A stretch of 64,000 bases of DNA, from contig NC_043000.1 of assembly GCF_006345805.1 (NCBI RefSeq), positions 40,734,001-40,798,000 on the forward strand. The letters are read 5' to 3'. Positions 25,868 through 37,693 of this stretch are shown one piece after another. A model generated the notes under the pieces. The model was not told the origin of the DNA. It saw only the letters and a list, made by a program, of their open reading frames with translations, and ran no database searches. The translations under genes and the position numbers were made by a program. Numbering within the stretch: position 1 is the stretch's first letter; each line of letters opens with the position of its first letter. The DNA comes from Octopus sinensis (Eukaryota).

Positions 25868-25899
25868 ATATAGTATATATATATGTATATATATATATA

Positions 25900-26125
25900 T
25901 AGATAGATAGATTGATAGATAAGAAAAAAAACATATAAGATAAACATAACGTCGTAAGAATTGAAAAGCTAAGTGCGAAACCGGTCTTTCTTCAAAACTA
26001 TGTCATTATAAGAGAAAAATTTTTTTTAATATTCTTCAGACATATTGACGCAAATATATATTTTTTAACATTTAAGCCTTCTGTAGTTTTTTCACTTTTT
26101 ACTATTTTCTATATAGATATATAAT

Positions 26126-26170
<45 letters not shown>

Positions 26171-26400
26171 GTATATATATATATATAGATAGATAGATTG
26201 ATAGATAAGAAAAACATATAAGATAAACATAACGTCGTAAGAAATTTGAAAAGCTAAGTGCGAAACCGGTCTTTCTTCAAAACTATGTCATTATAAGAGA
26301 AAAATTTTTTTTAATATTCTTCAGACATATTGACGCAAATATATATTTTTTAACATTTAAGCCTTCTGTAGTTTTTTCACTTTTTACTATTTTCTATATA
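25900..26400 (+). repeat. Two near-identical ~285 bp tandem units separated by (TA)n, each with a hammerhead-like motif
   Basis: 25900-26112 and 26187-26400 differ mainly in homopolymer lengths; GCGAAACCGGTC at 25975 and 26260. Confidence 0.9.
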
Positions 26401-26473
<73 letters not shown>

Positions 26474-26935
26474 ACCAAAACCACCAGCTACAAATAAGTA
26501 ATAAAAAATTTATTAGCAATCTCTTATTGTCTTTTATTTGTCTTTTAAAATGCTATTAAACAGTGTATGCGTGTGCGGTGGGGTGTGTGTAAGAGTGTGT
26601 GAGCCTGTGTGTAACTACAAGTGTGTGTATTGTCTATATGTGTTGGTGGATTCGTACACAGTGCTTCTTCGCTCTTTCGAAATCATTAAGAGCATCGATA
26701 TGCTATGCAGTCTGTTTTAAACATGTATAACATATGACAAGTATATTTACATTTACTTAAACACTTTAATGATAGTTACACGAGGTGGGAAATATAAATA
26801 TCATACTTTAGAGCCCATGCTAGCAGCTAGCGCACTTATCTGTTGTTCAGCCTAACCTCTTAGTTTCTGAGTTTGTCAATCTGTCTATATGTCTATGAGT
26901 CTGTGTTTGTATATGTGCATGTAAGTATATCTATA

Positions 26936-27017
<82 letters not shown>

Positions 27018-27064
27018 ACTATCTATTTATCTATCTAACTATCTATTTATCTATCTATCTATCC

Positions 27065-27140
<76 letters not shown>

Positions 27141-27639
27141 GTCTGTCTGTCTGTCTATTTATCTATCTATCTATCAGTCTTTCTTTCTTTCTTTTCATCT
27201 TTCTATCTAGCCAGCAAGCTATCCAATCTCTCTGCCTGTCTCTGCCTCTTTCTCTATATGTTTATCTGTATCTGTCTCCCCGCACAAAGCCAAGACACGT
27301 AATTCGCACGATTATGTCTGAAAGTACGCAGTAAGAATATGAGTAATTTACCATGTGCAGTGGTAATGAACCGGGACATAACTGGCCTAGATTCTGCTGT
27401 CTGTGATGCAAGAAATATTCTAAGGTAATAGAAAAGAAGATAGCACTACGTACAATATAAGCCTGACACCCAACGACAGTATAACCCAAGAAAAACAGGT
27501 AATGAAGAAGCAGTGTATGAAGGTAGTTATTAAAGCTATTATCTATTTTTCCAACTTACAAAAATAGCTGATTTTGAGTCCTTGTTGATTGTGTTCGTTA
27601 AAAAAAGAGAGACAGCAACTAAAACCCTCAAGAAATTAC

Positions 27640-28250
27640 GTTTTGTATTACGGTTTTTATAACAAAATTAGCGCTTTCATACATAGTGAACTCATCAGAT
27701 TTCAAATCTGTTTAACTGACAGTCGAGTTCTTAACCATAGTACTTTATAGAACGCTACAACCAGTTGAATTTTTAGAATACCTTTTTGACCTATCCGCAT
27801 GCTCTTAAACTTACGTTTTGCCAGGAGTACCGATATATAATCTAACTTGTTTATATTTATCAATCGACATCATTAACTGGTTGTTATATTATTGCTGTTA
27901 TTTCTGTTCAGAACAGGTTTGAACATTTTTATAAACCATTTTTCTTTTATCTTTCTTCCAACCTTACTTGTGTCATGTAGTTTGTGGAAAGGAAAAATTA
28001 GAAACATGTCTATATGTTCGCTGAATGGAATTTGACGAACATTAGTGTTCCGGATTTGTTGTCTGTGGACTCGTGAGCGTTGCTATAAAGCATTCCCTGT
28101 CTCACCTATATATAATTCCTCGGAATTTGGGTATTTAATGCAGATAAAATTTCGCTTCTGACGTTCATATCTGCATTTGCAAATATCTGTCCATTTTTTG
28201 TTCTACCTGTATGCATGAATTGACACGTTTGATTAGTTATTATGTTTCTT
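27640..28250 (-). mobile_element. Penelope-like element 3' fragment (GIY-YIG plus 3' region)
   Basis: NFICIKYPNSEELYIGETGNAL*QRSRVHRQQIRN...FSEHID...RKIKEKWFIKMFKPVLN (~28160 to ~27870), a typical PLE endonuclease; hammerhead motif downstream. Confidence 0.82.
27663..27704 (-). ncRNA. Minimal type-I hammerhead motif of the Penelope fragment (weak stem II)
   Basis: UGAAAU-CUGAUGA-guucacuauguau-GAAA-GCGC-U-A-AUUUUG: 6-bp stem I, canonical core, palindromic AGCGCU stem III. Confidence 0.65.
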
Positions 28251-28295
28251 TAATTTTTCACTTTGTTTCATGACTGGCAAATTTTGATGATATTA

Positions 28296-29672
28296 AAAAT
28301 GTTTTCTTTCGAAAATTTTCAACAAAACTTTTCCACGAAAATTTTTCGAAAATTTTCCACAAAAAGTTTTCAAAAATTTTTCAAAAATTTTTCCAAAATC
28401 TTTCACCGAAAACTTTCCATAAAAATTTTTCGAAAATTTTCACCGAAAATTTTCCCCAAAAAATTTTAACTGAAAATTTTACCCAAAATTTTTTAGAAAA
28501 TTTTCCCCAAAAATTTTCCCCAAAAATTTTTCGAAATTTTTGCACGAAAATTTTCTCCAGAAATTTTTCGCAAAATTTCACCGAAAATTTTCCCAAAAAA
28601 TTGTTCGAAAACTTTCCCCAAAAATTTTTCAAAAATTTTAGCTGAAAATTATACCCAAAATTTTTTCGAAAATTTTACCCGAAAACTTTCAATAAAAATT
28701 TTTCGAAAATTTTCACCGAAAATTGTCCCTAAAAACTTTTCGAAAATTTTCTCCAAAAATTTTTCGGAAAGTTTCAACGAAAACTTTCCATAAAAATTTT
28801 TCGCAAATTTTTACCGAAAATTTTCCCAAAAAATTGTTCGAAAATTTTCCCCAAAAAGTTTCCGAAAATTTTTACCGAAAATTTTCCCCAAATATTTTCA
28901 CCAAAAATTTTTGCTGAAAATTTTCCCCAAAAATTTTAACTGAAAATTTGACCCAAAATTTTTTCAGAAATCTTCACCGAAAACTTTCCATAAAAATTTT
29001 GTGATTTTTGCAATGCTGGCCTTCCATACTTTGTGATTTTGGCACCGATGGCCTTCCATACTTTGTGATTTGGCACTGATGGCCTTCCATACTTTGTGAT
29101 TTTGGAACCGGTGGCCTTCCATACATTTTCGAAATATTTTGCCGAAAATTTTCCCCGAAAATTTTAACTGAAAATTTTACCCAAAATTTTTTCCAAAATT
29201 TTCTCCAATAACTTTCCATAATTTTTCAAAAGTTTTTCGAAAATCTTTCACCGAAACTTTCCATAATTTTTCAAAAATTTTTCGAAAATCTTTCATCGAA
29301 AATTTTCCCCAAAACTTTTAACTGAAAATTTTAACCAAAATTTTTTGGAAAATCTTTCATCGAAAATTTTCCCCAAAACTTTTAACCGGCCTTCCATACT
29401 TTTTCGAAAATTTTCCTCAAAAATTTTTCAAAAATTTTAACTGAAAATTTTACCCAATTTTTCCGAAAATTTTCACCGAAGACTTTCCATAAAAATCTTG
29501 CGAAAATTTTCACCAAAAATTTTCCACAAAAATTTTTCGAAAATTTTCAGCGAAAAGTTTCCCCAAAAAGTTTTCGAAAATTTTCACAGAAAATTTTGCA
29601 CAAAAATTTTTCAAAAATTTTTCCAAAATTTTCACCGAAAACTTTCCATAAAAATTTTTCGAAAATTTTTGA
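28296..29672. repeat. 1.4 kb A/T-tract satellite built from GAAAATTTTC-like 10-13 bp units, with an embedded 4x ~32 bp minisatellite
   Basis: Direct reading; GGCCTTCCATAC starts at 29018, 29050, 29081, 29113, with an isolated copy at 29388. Confidence 0.93.
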
Positions 29673-30072
29673 AAGCAATATTTTGGCCAATAAAGGCAGT
29701 GAGGTGGCAGAATTGTTAGCATACCAGGCAAAACGCTTAGCAGCATTTCACCCATCTTTATATTTTGAGTTCAAATTCTGCAAGGTTGACTTTGCTTTTC
29801 ATCCTTTAAGGGTGTACAAGTTGAGCACTGGGTTTGATGTTATCAATCTAATCCTTCCCCAAAAATTGTTGGCCTTGTGCCAAAATTTGGAACTATTATT
29901 TCAGCCAGTATATTGTCCAACCTTCTTCAGGTCTCTGCCATATTTGATAATGATAACTCATTTTAAGAAATTCAGATAAAATTACAAAATTAAACAGAAA
30001 TAACTATAAATCATACTTCTAAAACATTTTTTTGAAAATAAATTTTAATTTATATTTCACTTTATTTTACAG

Positions 30073-30158
30073 AGGCATTCTCTTACAAGATCAGCAACGT
30101 TATCATGAAGCAATAGAGAGCTACAAGACAGCAATTTTGTGCCGTCCGAAACTCACAA
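30073..30158 (+). CDS. TMTC2: TMTC2-like TPR O-mannosyltransferase, first visible coding exon (GILLQDQQRYHEAIESYKTAILCRPKLT)
   Basis: tttattttacAG acceptor and GTAAGT donor at 30159. The peptide resembles the vertebrate TMTC2 TPR segment LGLLLQENSRFAEALHYYKLAIGSRPTLA (recalled). The phase-1 end joins the next exon. An alternative acceptor 2 nt downstream is possible. Confidence 0.85.
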
Positions 30159-30269
30159 GTAAGTATCTAACTATTCTGTCAGTCAACCCCATCTTTTCAT
30201 CAAGGTGTGAGACAATTATAATTGACTATCATAGTAAGTTTCTTTTAAATCTAGACTGGAACATTGAGT

Positions 30270-31700
30270 AATTGCTACTCCTAATCCATGCTATCTATTC
30301 TTTTCAGCTATCTAATACTTTTCTGGATTATTCTGGCCATGCCAAGGAAGTAAACCTTGTGTAACGGTTCTACTGGCACGCTATTCCAATTTCCTTGATA
30401 TTCCTCTTGATGCCTTCTGATACTGTCCCCAAAGATTCAGCAATTGGCACTATATTTACATTCATTTTCTATAGCTGGGCTATTTTGTATTTAAGAGGGT
30501 TGTATTTATCTATTTTTCATCTTCTTTCTTGACTATTTGTGGGTCAAAGGGGCATCTAATGTTAACTATATAGCATGTGGTGCATCTTGCTAACCACCAT
30601 TAGATCTGGTCTGTTATGCTCTAGCACCTGATCTGCTTGGATTGGGAAATCCCAGAAGATTTTGCTAGTCTCCAACTTTGCCACTCTCTGTGGTTTGCAC
30701 TCATGCTACATCTTGCTTCTCTCTAGCCCCCACCTTTTGCACAGTTTCCAATGTAACACTTTCGCTACCTGATCATGTCACCACAACTTATAGTGGTTTG
30801 GGACAAGTCTAGGGCATTCGTTTATGATATGGGCAATGGTTTCATTCACTCTATTACAAATGTGGCACAGCAGAGACACTTGCTCATTCCAAAAGTTGAC
30901 TCTCCAGTTTATAGCCAAAGCTTGGTCTTGCACTACCAGTATAGTGCTCTTGGTCTCTTTTTTTAGTGTTCTTTTCTTCAGCCAATCCCACCTATTTTTT
31001 CCAGCAGCCTCTGTTGCAGCTACATGGAGTTGATTGTGTAGTCCCTTCTTGCATAATTCTTCTTCATGTCCTTTTTGTACTTCTTTTGTGTTTCCATTTT
31101 TTTCTGCTTTCAATACTCCTTCATTCCAAACTAAAACTAGCAAGGTTTCCTTACTTTGGACTAGGTATCTCATTAAGTTCTTCTGGACTTATTAGTCCTC
31201 TTCCTCAAGTTGCTCTTTTGATGTATAGGCGGTCAGTGTCTGCACATGAATGATGGGCTCCATGCATCGTCAGGAGCTTTTTTGACTTCCTGCCCATCTC
31301 CTTTTGCTCCTCCTCTGTCCACTTCAGAATTCCAATGCCATACCGAACTACGGCAACTGCGCACGAGTTTATTGCTGAAATTGTTTCTGGCATTCACCTA
31401 TAAAGCCAATACTTTTCTCATTTGCTGAAGGTACTCTCTTTTTGTCTTTTCTTTCATACCGTGTTTAATTCCATCTGCCTCAAGTATTTTCAGGTATTTA
31501 TAGCCGGATTGAAGCTGAATTGCTTTCATCATCTCACCTATGGAAACCTATGCCTTCTGTTCTGATAAGCTTTCCTCATCTCATCACCATCGTAGCACAT
31601 TTTAAGAGCTCAAACTCCATCTTAATATCATTGGAGAAAATCTGCACAGACTAGACTAGGCTATCCAGTTCCATATCAGTACGGTATTATTGTTCCATAG
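30270..31700 (-). mobile_element. Decayed 5'-truncated RLE (R4-like) LINE in a TMTC2 intron
   Basis: Minus-strand fragments FSNDIKMEF..KCAT, SAINSCAVAVVRYGIGILKWT..DTDRLY, LKKETKSTILVVQDQAL, CHICNRVNETIAHIINECP, RPDL; many stops; (AAT)4 just outside the 5' break. Confidence 0.85.
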
Positions 31701-32590
31701 ATAATCTTCATTATTATTATTGGACAAGACTGAAAGGCATGAGGACAGATACATAGCTGTTTGGTAGAGCTCTCATTGACTTCTTCAAGTTTCACTTCAA
31801 AAGGAAATTGAGAGTGGAGAAGGAAGTGTTATCTTTTAGCAAGTTTATTGAAAGGTGGATGAATGTTGGAAGAATGGTCAGTGTGAAAGGACCAATTCTG
31901 AGTATACACCTGTGAAGAAATAAAAGAAGGGATCTTGCCTTGTTGGTCAGGCACCTGTGGTTTTTGTGGGTTTTTCCATGAGTAGCCTTAGAGTACCTCC
32001 CCTTTTGTGAGTTGTATATTGTTTAACTTTGATTGCTTTTATTGTTTACATGCAGTAAAACCCTTTGTATTGTCTTGTGTTGTCTTTTATGGTATTGCAT
32101 GTCGTTTTATGTATAGTTATATTAGACCTTGTGGCCAATAAAAGAATAAATTATTATTATTATTATTATCATTATCTATTTGGATTTTTCTTTGTATTTG
32201 TACAAGTTGACTCCAAGTCTTACCTAGAGACCTCAAGAGACAAATTAGAAATTCAAGTTGGTATTGTGACTAGGGTACCATATTTTTAGTTTGGCACAGA
32301 ATATTGTTCTAGAGAGTGTTGTCAAAACATAAGAAAATTAAGTTTGTTTTAAAAGTAATTTGATGATAAGATGATAAGCGTGATCTTAAGATGACAGTAA
32401 AAGGTATTTGCTGTTATGTACATTTAATAGTACTTTTGATAATATTCACAGATTAAAATGTTTTTGGAATCATATCGACAATATTTTTCTTAGGATATAA
32501 GCAGTTCCCAGGAGTACTATTTTTTGAATAATAATAATAATAATAATAATTATCATTATTATTATTATTATTATATTATTATTATTATTA

Positions 32591-32629
<39 letters not shown>

Positions 32630-32634
32630 TACAG

Positions 32635-32696
32635 TGGCTTACCTGAATCTTGGAATTGTCTACAGTTTGTTAGGTAGAAATGATGAAGCAGAAAAA
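32635..32696 (+). CDS. TMTC2: TMTC2-like exon (MAYLNLGIVYSLLGRNDEAEK)
   Basis: tttacAG acceptor; A|TG completes the phase-1 codon; GTAAGT donor at 32697; matches AYLNTGIILMNQGRTEEARR-type TPR helix. Confidence 0.85.
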
Positions 32697-33286
32697 GTAA
32701 GTTTTTTTTCTCTCCTGACTCTCGAATAGTTCAACCCTAATTTTCTCTAGATAAATCACAGTTTTTTTTTTTTTACATATACATACAAACACACACAAAA
32801 GAAAAACAAATGGGGATGGGATGAAATGAACTGCATGTTATTTTGGACTCAGATTTTGCTTGCATGCATGTGCACACAACTCCCACACAAGAAAATGATT
32901 GAGTATCTTAGAAGATTTGGTCATGTTATCCTGCAGTAAGTCTATGATGAATATCTGTGTTGAAAATAAACAATAGCAAAGAAATACACTTGCATTGAAT
33001 ATATATATATATATATATAACAAAACTGGGAGGAAGGGAAGTGGGACAAAACAACGAATCGAATCGACCCTGACGCGAACGCACTGTCAGACAATAATGT
33101 AATAAATAAAATATATGCATGCATACAAACATATATGTATGTACCTACATCTACATGTATATATACATGCATATATAAATATATATACGTGAGTACAGGA
33201 CACTGCAACTAGACATAGAACTCAACGAAAAACGAAAACGGACAAGCCATATTTTTACAACAAAAAAACAGAGACGAAACGGAAAC

Positions 33287-33348
<62 letters not shown>

Positions 33349-33365
33349 TATATATATACATATAT

Positions 33366-33770
33366 ACTCTTTTACTTGTTTCAGCCATTTGACTGCGGCC
33401 ATGCTGGAGCACCGCCTTTAGTCGAGCAAATCGACCCCAAGACTTATTCTTTGTAAGCCTAGTACTTATTCTATTTGTCTCTTTTGCCAAACCGCTAAGT
33501 TACTGGGACGTAAACACACCAGCATCGGTTGTCAAGCGATGTTGGGAGGACAATCACAGACAAACATATACACACACACGTACATATATATATATACATA
33601 TATACGACGGGCTTCTTTCAGTTCCCGTCTACCAAATCCACTCACAAGGCTTTGATCTGCCCAAGGCTATAGTAGAAGACACTTGCCCAAGGTGCCACAC
33701 AGTGGGACTGAGCCCGGAACCATGTAGTTCGTAAGCAAGCTACTTACCATACAGCCACTCCTGCGCCTAT
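33366..33770 (-). mobile_element. SINE, GGAGTGGCTGTGTGGTAAG family (representative copy; others at ~4995-5150, 35855-36220, 38443-38830, 39560-39760, 40940-41100, 43630-44240, 47100-47240, 52360-52500, 54880-55170, 55313-55700)
   Basis: tRNA-like head with GGTTC(A/C)GTCCCACTG in most copies, internal (TA/CA)n, shared 3' CTCCAGCATGGCC..AGTCAAATGACTGAAACAAGTAAAAGA; many copies in both orientations. Confidence 0.85.
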
Positions 33771-34371
33771 ATGTATATATATATCCTTTAAGTTCGTTTA
33801 TGGGAAATGTTTTGAATATGCATATAAAAAAGCTCCTAATTTATTATGTCAGTTACAGCCTATTGATACCAGCTGGAGATAATAGATTTTTGGGGTTGCA
33901 CCAAGCTGTGCTGATATAATGTATGATAAATATAGTAATAATGATAATAATAATCTTTGGATGGAATTTATAAATATTTTAATCACTACGAGCGTTTTCA
34001 TAAACACATGTTTCTTAAGATCATAGTCCATTACAGACTGCACTGTAATCATCCCAGGAATATTGACTATGATCTTTAGAAAAGCGAGATTTGTGGAAAT
34101 GCACATAGTGATGCATTAAAATATTTATAAATTCCATCCAAGGAATCTTATTATATATATATATGCACATGCACATTTATACATATATATACACATGTAT
34201 GTACATGTACTAAGTTATAATACACATACACATGCACATATATATGTATATATATCTTTACCATTTTCATCATTTCCTGTCTACCCAATGCCAGCATGGA
34301 AAACAAACATTAAAGATGATTATGATGATAATGATGATGATGATTTATATGCATGCGTGTGTGTGTGTGTG

Positions 34372-35092
34372 TATGTATTATATCCTAGTATAAACACATT
34401 GAAGGATTATAAACTCAATGTTTATTATGATATACCAAAGTTGTATAGTCTAAGTCAAAAGAATACAAATCTAGAATCTTTTGAGTTATTACAAAGGTTT
34501 TGAACTGATGACTTTTCTGATGTAGGCATTGCTGACAAATAGGACTCTGCTAAGAAAAATTATTTCTGTCTGTTCTTGTCCAATATGGGATTGTCACATA
34601 TTTTTGGTCAGTGGTGCAGGTCACATGATTTAATAAGGTTATAATGTGAAGGTGGTTATTGTTTATATATGCTTCCTACACTGAGAGAGATGAGAGACAT
34701 TATGTAGTTTGTAGATAGTGGAATGTGTTATGATAGTTGTTCTGACTGTCTGTTCTTTGAGTTCAAATCTTACTGTGGTTACTTTTGTGTTTCATTGTTT
34801 TGGGATAGATAAGAAATTAGCAATCTCGGGTGGTGGATTGACAGAACTGGTTGAAGTATTGGTAGGATACTTTGTGGTATCTATTCCTTTTCATTGTGTT
34901 ATGACTGAAACGCCTGTTACAGCAATTTATTTGCCAAGGTGTATGGGCTGAAATCACCAACCTTTCTTATGGATTAACTTTGGTTCCAAATTTTGGCACA
35001 AGGCCTGTAATATCGGGGGATAACTTTGGTATATCATAATAAACATTGAGTTTATAATCCTTCAATGTGTTTATACTAGGATATAATACATA
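34372..35092. repeat. Perfect 71-bp inverted repeat (34372-34442 and 35022-35092)
   Basis: Base-by-base reverse-complement identity; the right copy interrupts an old SINE. Confidence 0.9.
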
Positions 35093-37635
35093 AGATGATT
35101 AAATCCACTCTAGTGTTCAACTGGTACTTATTTTATTGATCCTGAAAGGATGAAAGGCAAAGTGAACCTTGATGGAACTTGAACTCAGAATGTGAAGACT
35201 GGTGCAGTAACAATTCTGCCTGCTTCCAACCCCTCAATGCTGGTTTCCAATTTTAGCACAAGGCCTTCAATTTTGAGGGTGGGGCTATGTTGTTTATTTC
35301 GATTCTAGTTCTCAACTGGTACTTACTTCATCAAACCCTAGCAGCAAAATTTGAACACAGCATGTAAAGATGGATGAATCGCTGCTAAGCACTTTGTCCA
35401 GCATGCTAACACTTCCTTTTGGTTAAACGTTGATGGTGTGGAGAGGGGAGTCTTGCATGTATGGATGACTGCCATCCTCCTTCAAAAAATTTGCCCAGAC
35501 CTGCTCATAAATGTACTGAAATATGATCAGCCTCAACTGATGGAGGTCTTAAGTCAATTATATTGACCACAATGCACAACAGGTACTTCTTTTATTGACC
35601 CTGAGAAGGTGAAAAGCAGAGTCAACCTCAGCAGCATTTGAACTCAGAATGTAAAAGCAGAAGAAATGCTGTTATGCATTTTGTCCAGCATGGTAACAAT
35701 TCTGCCAGCTCGCCACCTTAAAATGGCCTGTAGATATTGAATAATGTCCATGTTCCCCTAAACAAGCATACCACAATCTATATCAGAAATTCTCAACCAG
35801 GGTCCATATGACCATTAGTGGTTCCATGTAAGATTTTGTTGTTAAAATTTATGTGCAGGAGTGGGTGTGTGGTAAGTAGCTTACTTACCAACCATATGGT
35901 TCTGGGTTCAGTCCCACTGCATGGCACTTTGGGCAAGTATCTTCTGCTATAGCCTTGGGCTAACCAAAACCTTGTGAGTGGATTTGGTAGACGGAAATTC
36001 AAAGAAGCTTGCCATGTGTATATATATATATATGTATGTGTGCATATGTTTGTGTTTGTCCCCCTAACATTGCTTGACAACAGAATGCTGATGTGTTTAT
36101 GTCCCTGTAACTTAGCAGTTCGGCAAAAGAGACCAATAGAATAAGTCCTGGGGTTGATTTGCTTGACTAAAGGTGGTGCTCCAGCATGGCTCTAGCCAAA
36201 TGACTGAAACAAGTAAAAGAATAAAATAAACTGGTTATATTTCTACAATGCATAAAGTATTTTAACAATTTTTTTAATATGATCCCTAACAAGTTTTTGT
36301 ATACAATTCCTAAAAATATTATAAAAATCAGCTAGCAAAAATGAACCAGTATTTCAAAAGGGCCAGTCTTGTCACATTCTGTATCATGCTGAATCTCCCC
36401 TGGGAACTACATTAAGGGTACACATGTCTAAGAGTGCTCAGCCACTTGCACATTAATTTCAGGAACAGCCTGTTCCATTGATCTCATCAACAGGAACACT
36501 CGCTACCGTAACCGACAGGGTGCCAATTATAAATATATAATTGGATATTTTTAAGCATTGAATGATTATGAAGGTCCACACATGTAATACACGAATCAAG
36601 AGGGTTCATAGGCAAAAATTGGTTGAGTATCAATGTTCATCAATACTGTGTAGCTTGATAGACATTATTTATTCAGTAGATGTTGTCAAGATGGACCACA
36701 ATCTGTAGAGCACAGCTGGATAGATCACATAGTTATCGTACAGTAAGAGCAAAATAGATCATAATCCATAACATGTTGTTGTTAACTTACTCCCCACTGT
36801 CAATTCTGATTGAGAAGACTTATAAAGTCATTCCAGCCACGATCATCCTGTCTGACTTGGGATATTTGACATTGTGCAATTCTTTCTTTCAAGTTCACAT
36901 GCTAGAACATCAGGAACATTTTGTTGCTATTTGCTTGTAGTATAATGAAAAGGCTCTCTAATTGGCTCAGTTTATGACATATTGACTGGATAGACCTTAA
37001 AAGCTTGACATAATAGTAATAATGATGATGATAATAATAATAATAAGTCGAGTAGAGTCAATAAATATTGATCACATATAGGACACAGCTAGATGCTATT
37101 GATTAGTTGATCTACTTACACATGCAAACATATACATATATGTACAAACACTCACACACTCGTACAATATTGGCAGGTGGTTATGTGCAAATCAACAGAC
37201 TGGATTCTTCAAACAATGAATGCCATTCCCAACTTACACAAAAGACAAGCTTGGAGATAATGTAGCTTTTTTTGTCTCATAACAACAATTTATTTAATTA
37301 GTATATTCAAACACCAAATGGAAGAATAGGAATTAGCTTGTGTGTACGTTAATCTGTGTGTGTTTGTGTGTTTAGTAACTATGTCGCTAAATCCATCATT
37401 GTTTCTTTTTTTTTTGCTAGTCTCTTAGTTAGGAAGTTTATGATGGTGATATTGGTAGTCTTGGTGGGTAATGCAATGACAATGACTACTGCTGCCGTCA
37501 CCACTGCTGCTGCTGTTGCTACTACTACTACTAATAACAATCCTTTCTATCATAGGCACAAGGCCTGAAATTTATGCGAGGGGACTAGTCGATTAGAATG
37601 ACCCTTGCATCCCTCTACGGCTGAGTATTCCTAAT

Positions 37636-37693
37636 GAGGAGACCATGAAGAATGGTGAGGGGTCTACCCCTCACCATTCTTCATGGTCTCCTC
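37636..37693. repeat. Perfect 27-bp hairpin with 4-nt loop
   Basis: GAGGAGACCATGAAGAATGGTGAGGGG-tcta-CCCCTCACCATTCTTCATGGTCTCCTC. Confidence 0.95.

Larger units (their letters stand above)
25238..27638 (+). repeat. Diverged direct copy of block 418-1784, with ~950 bp inserted in its TA microsatellite
   Basis: Colinear similarity, e.g. TTGTCAACTTTCAGTTGAA..GA.ATGTCCAGCTGATGTGACTGAAATCA at ~486 and ~25322, CACCAGCTACAAATAA at ~741 and ~26482; (CTAT)n at the homologous position. Confidence 0.88.

Noticed and set aside
29018-29128. CRISPR-like 32-bp repeats
   Set aside because: Units are head-to-tail without unique spacers, no cas genes, eukaryotic context.
28263-29979. K/F/N-rich ORFs on both strands
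   Set aside because: Stop-poor translations of the A4T4 satellite.
35783-36637. Possible hAT MITE ends (CAGAAATTCTCAACC / rc CATTGATACTCAACC)
   Set aside because: TIRs are degenerate and there is no 8-bp TSD.
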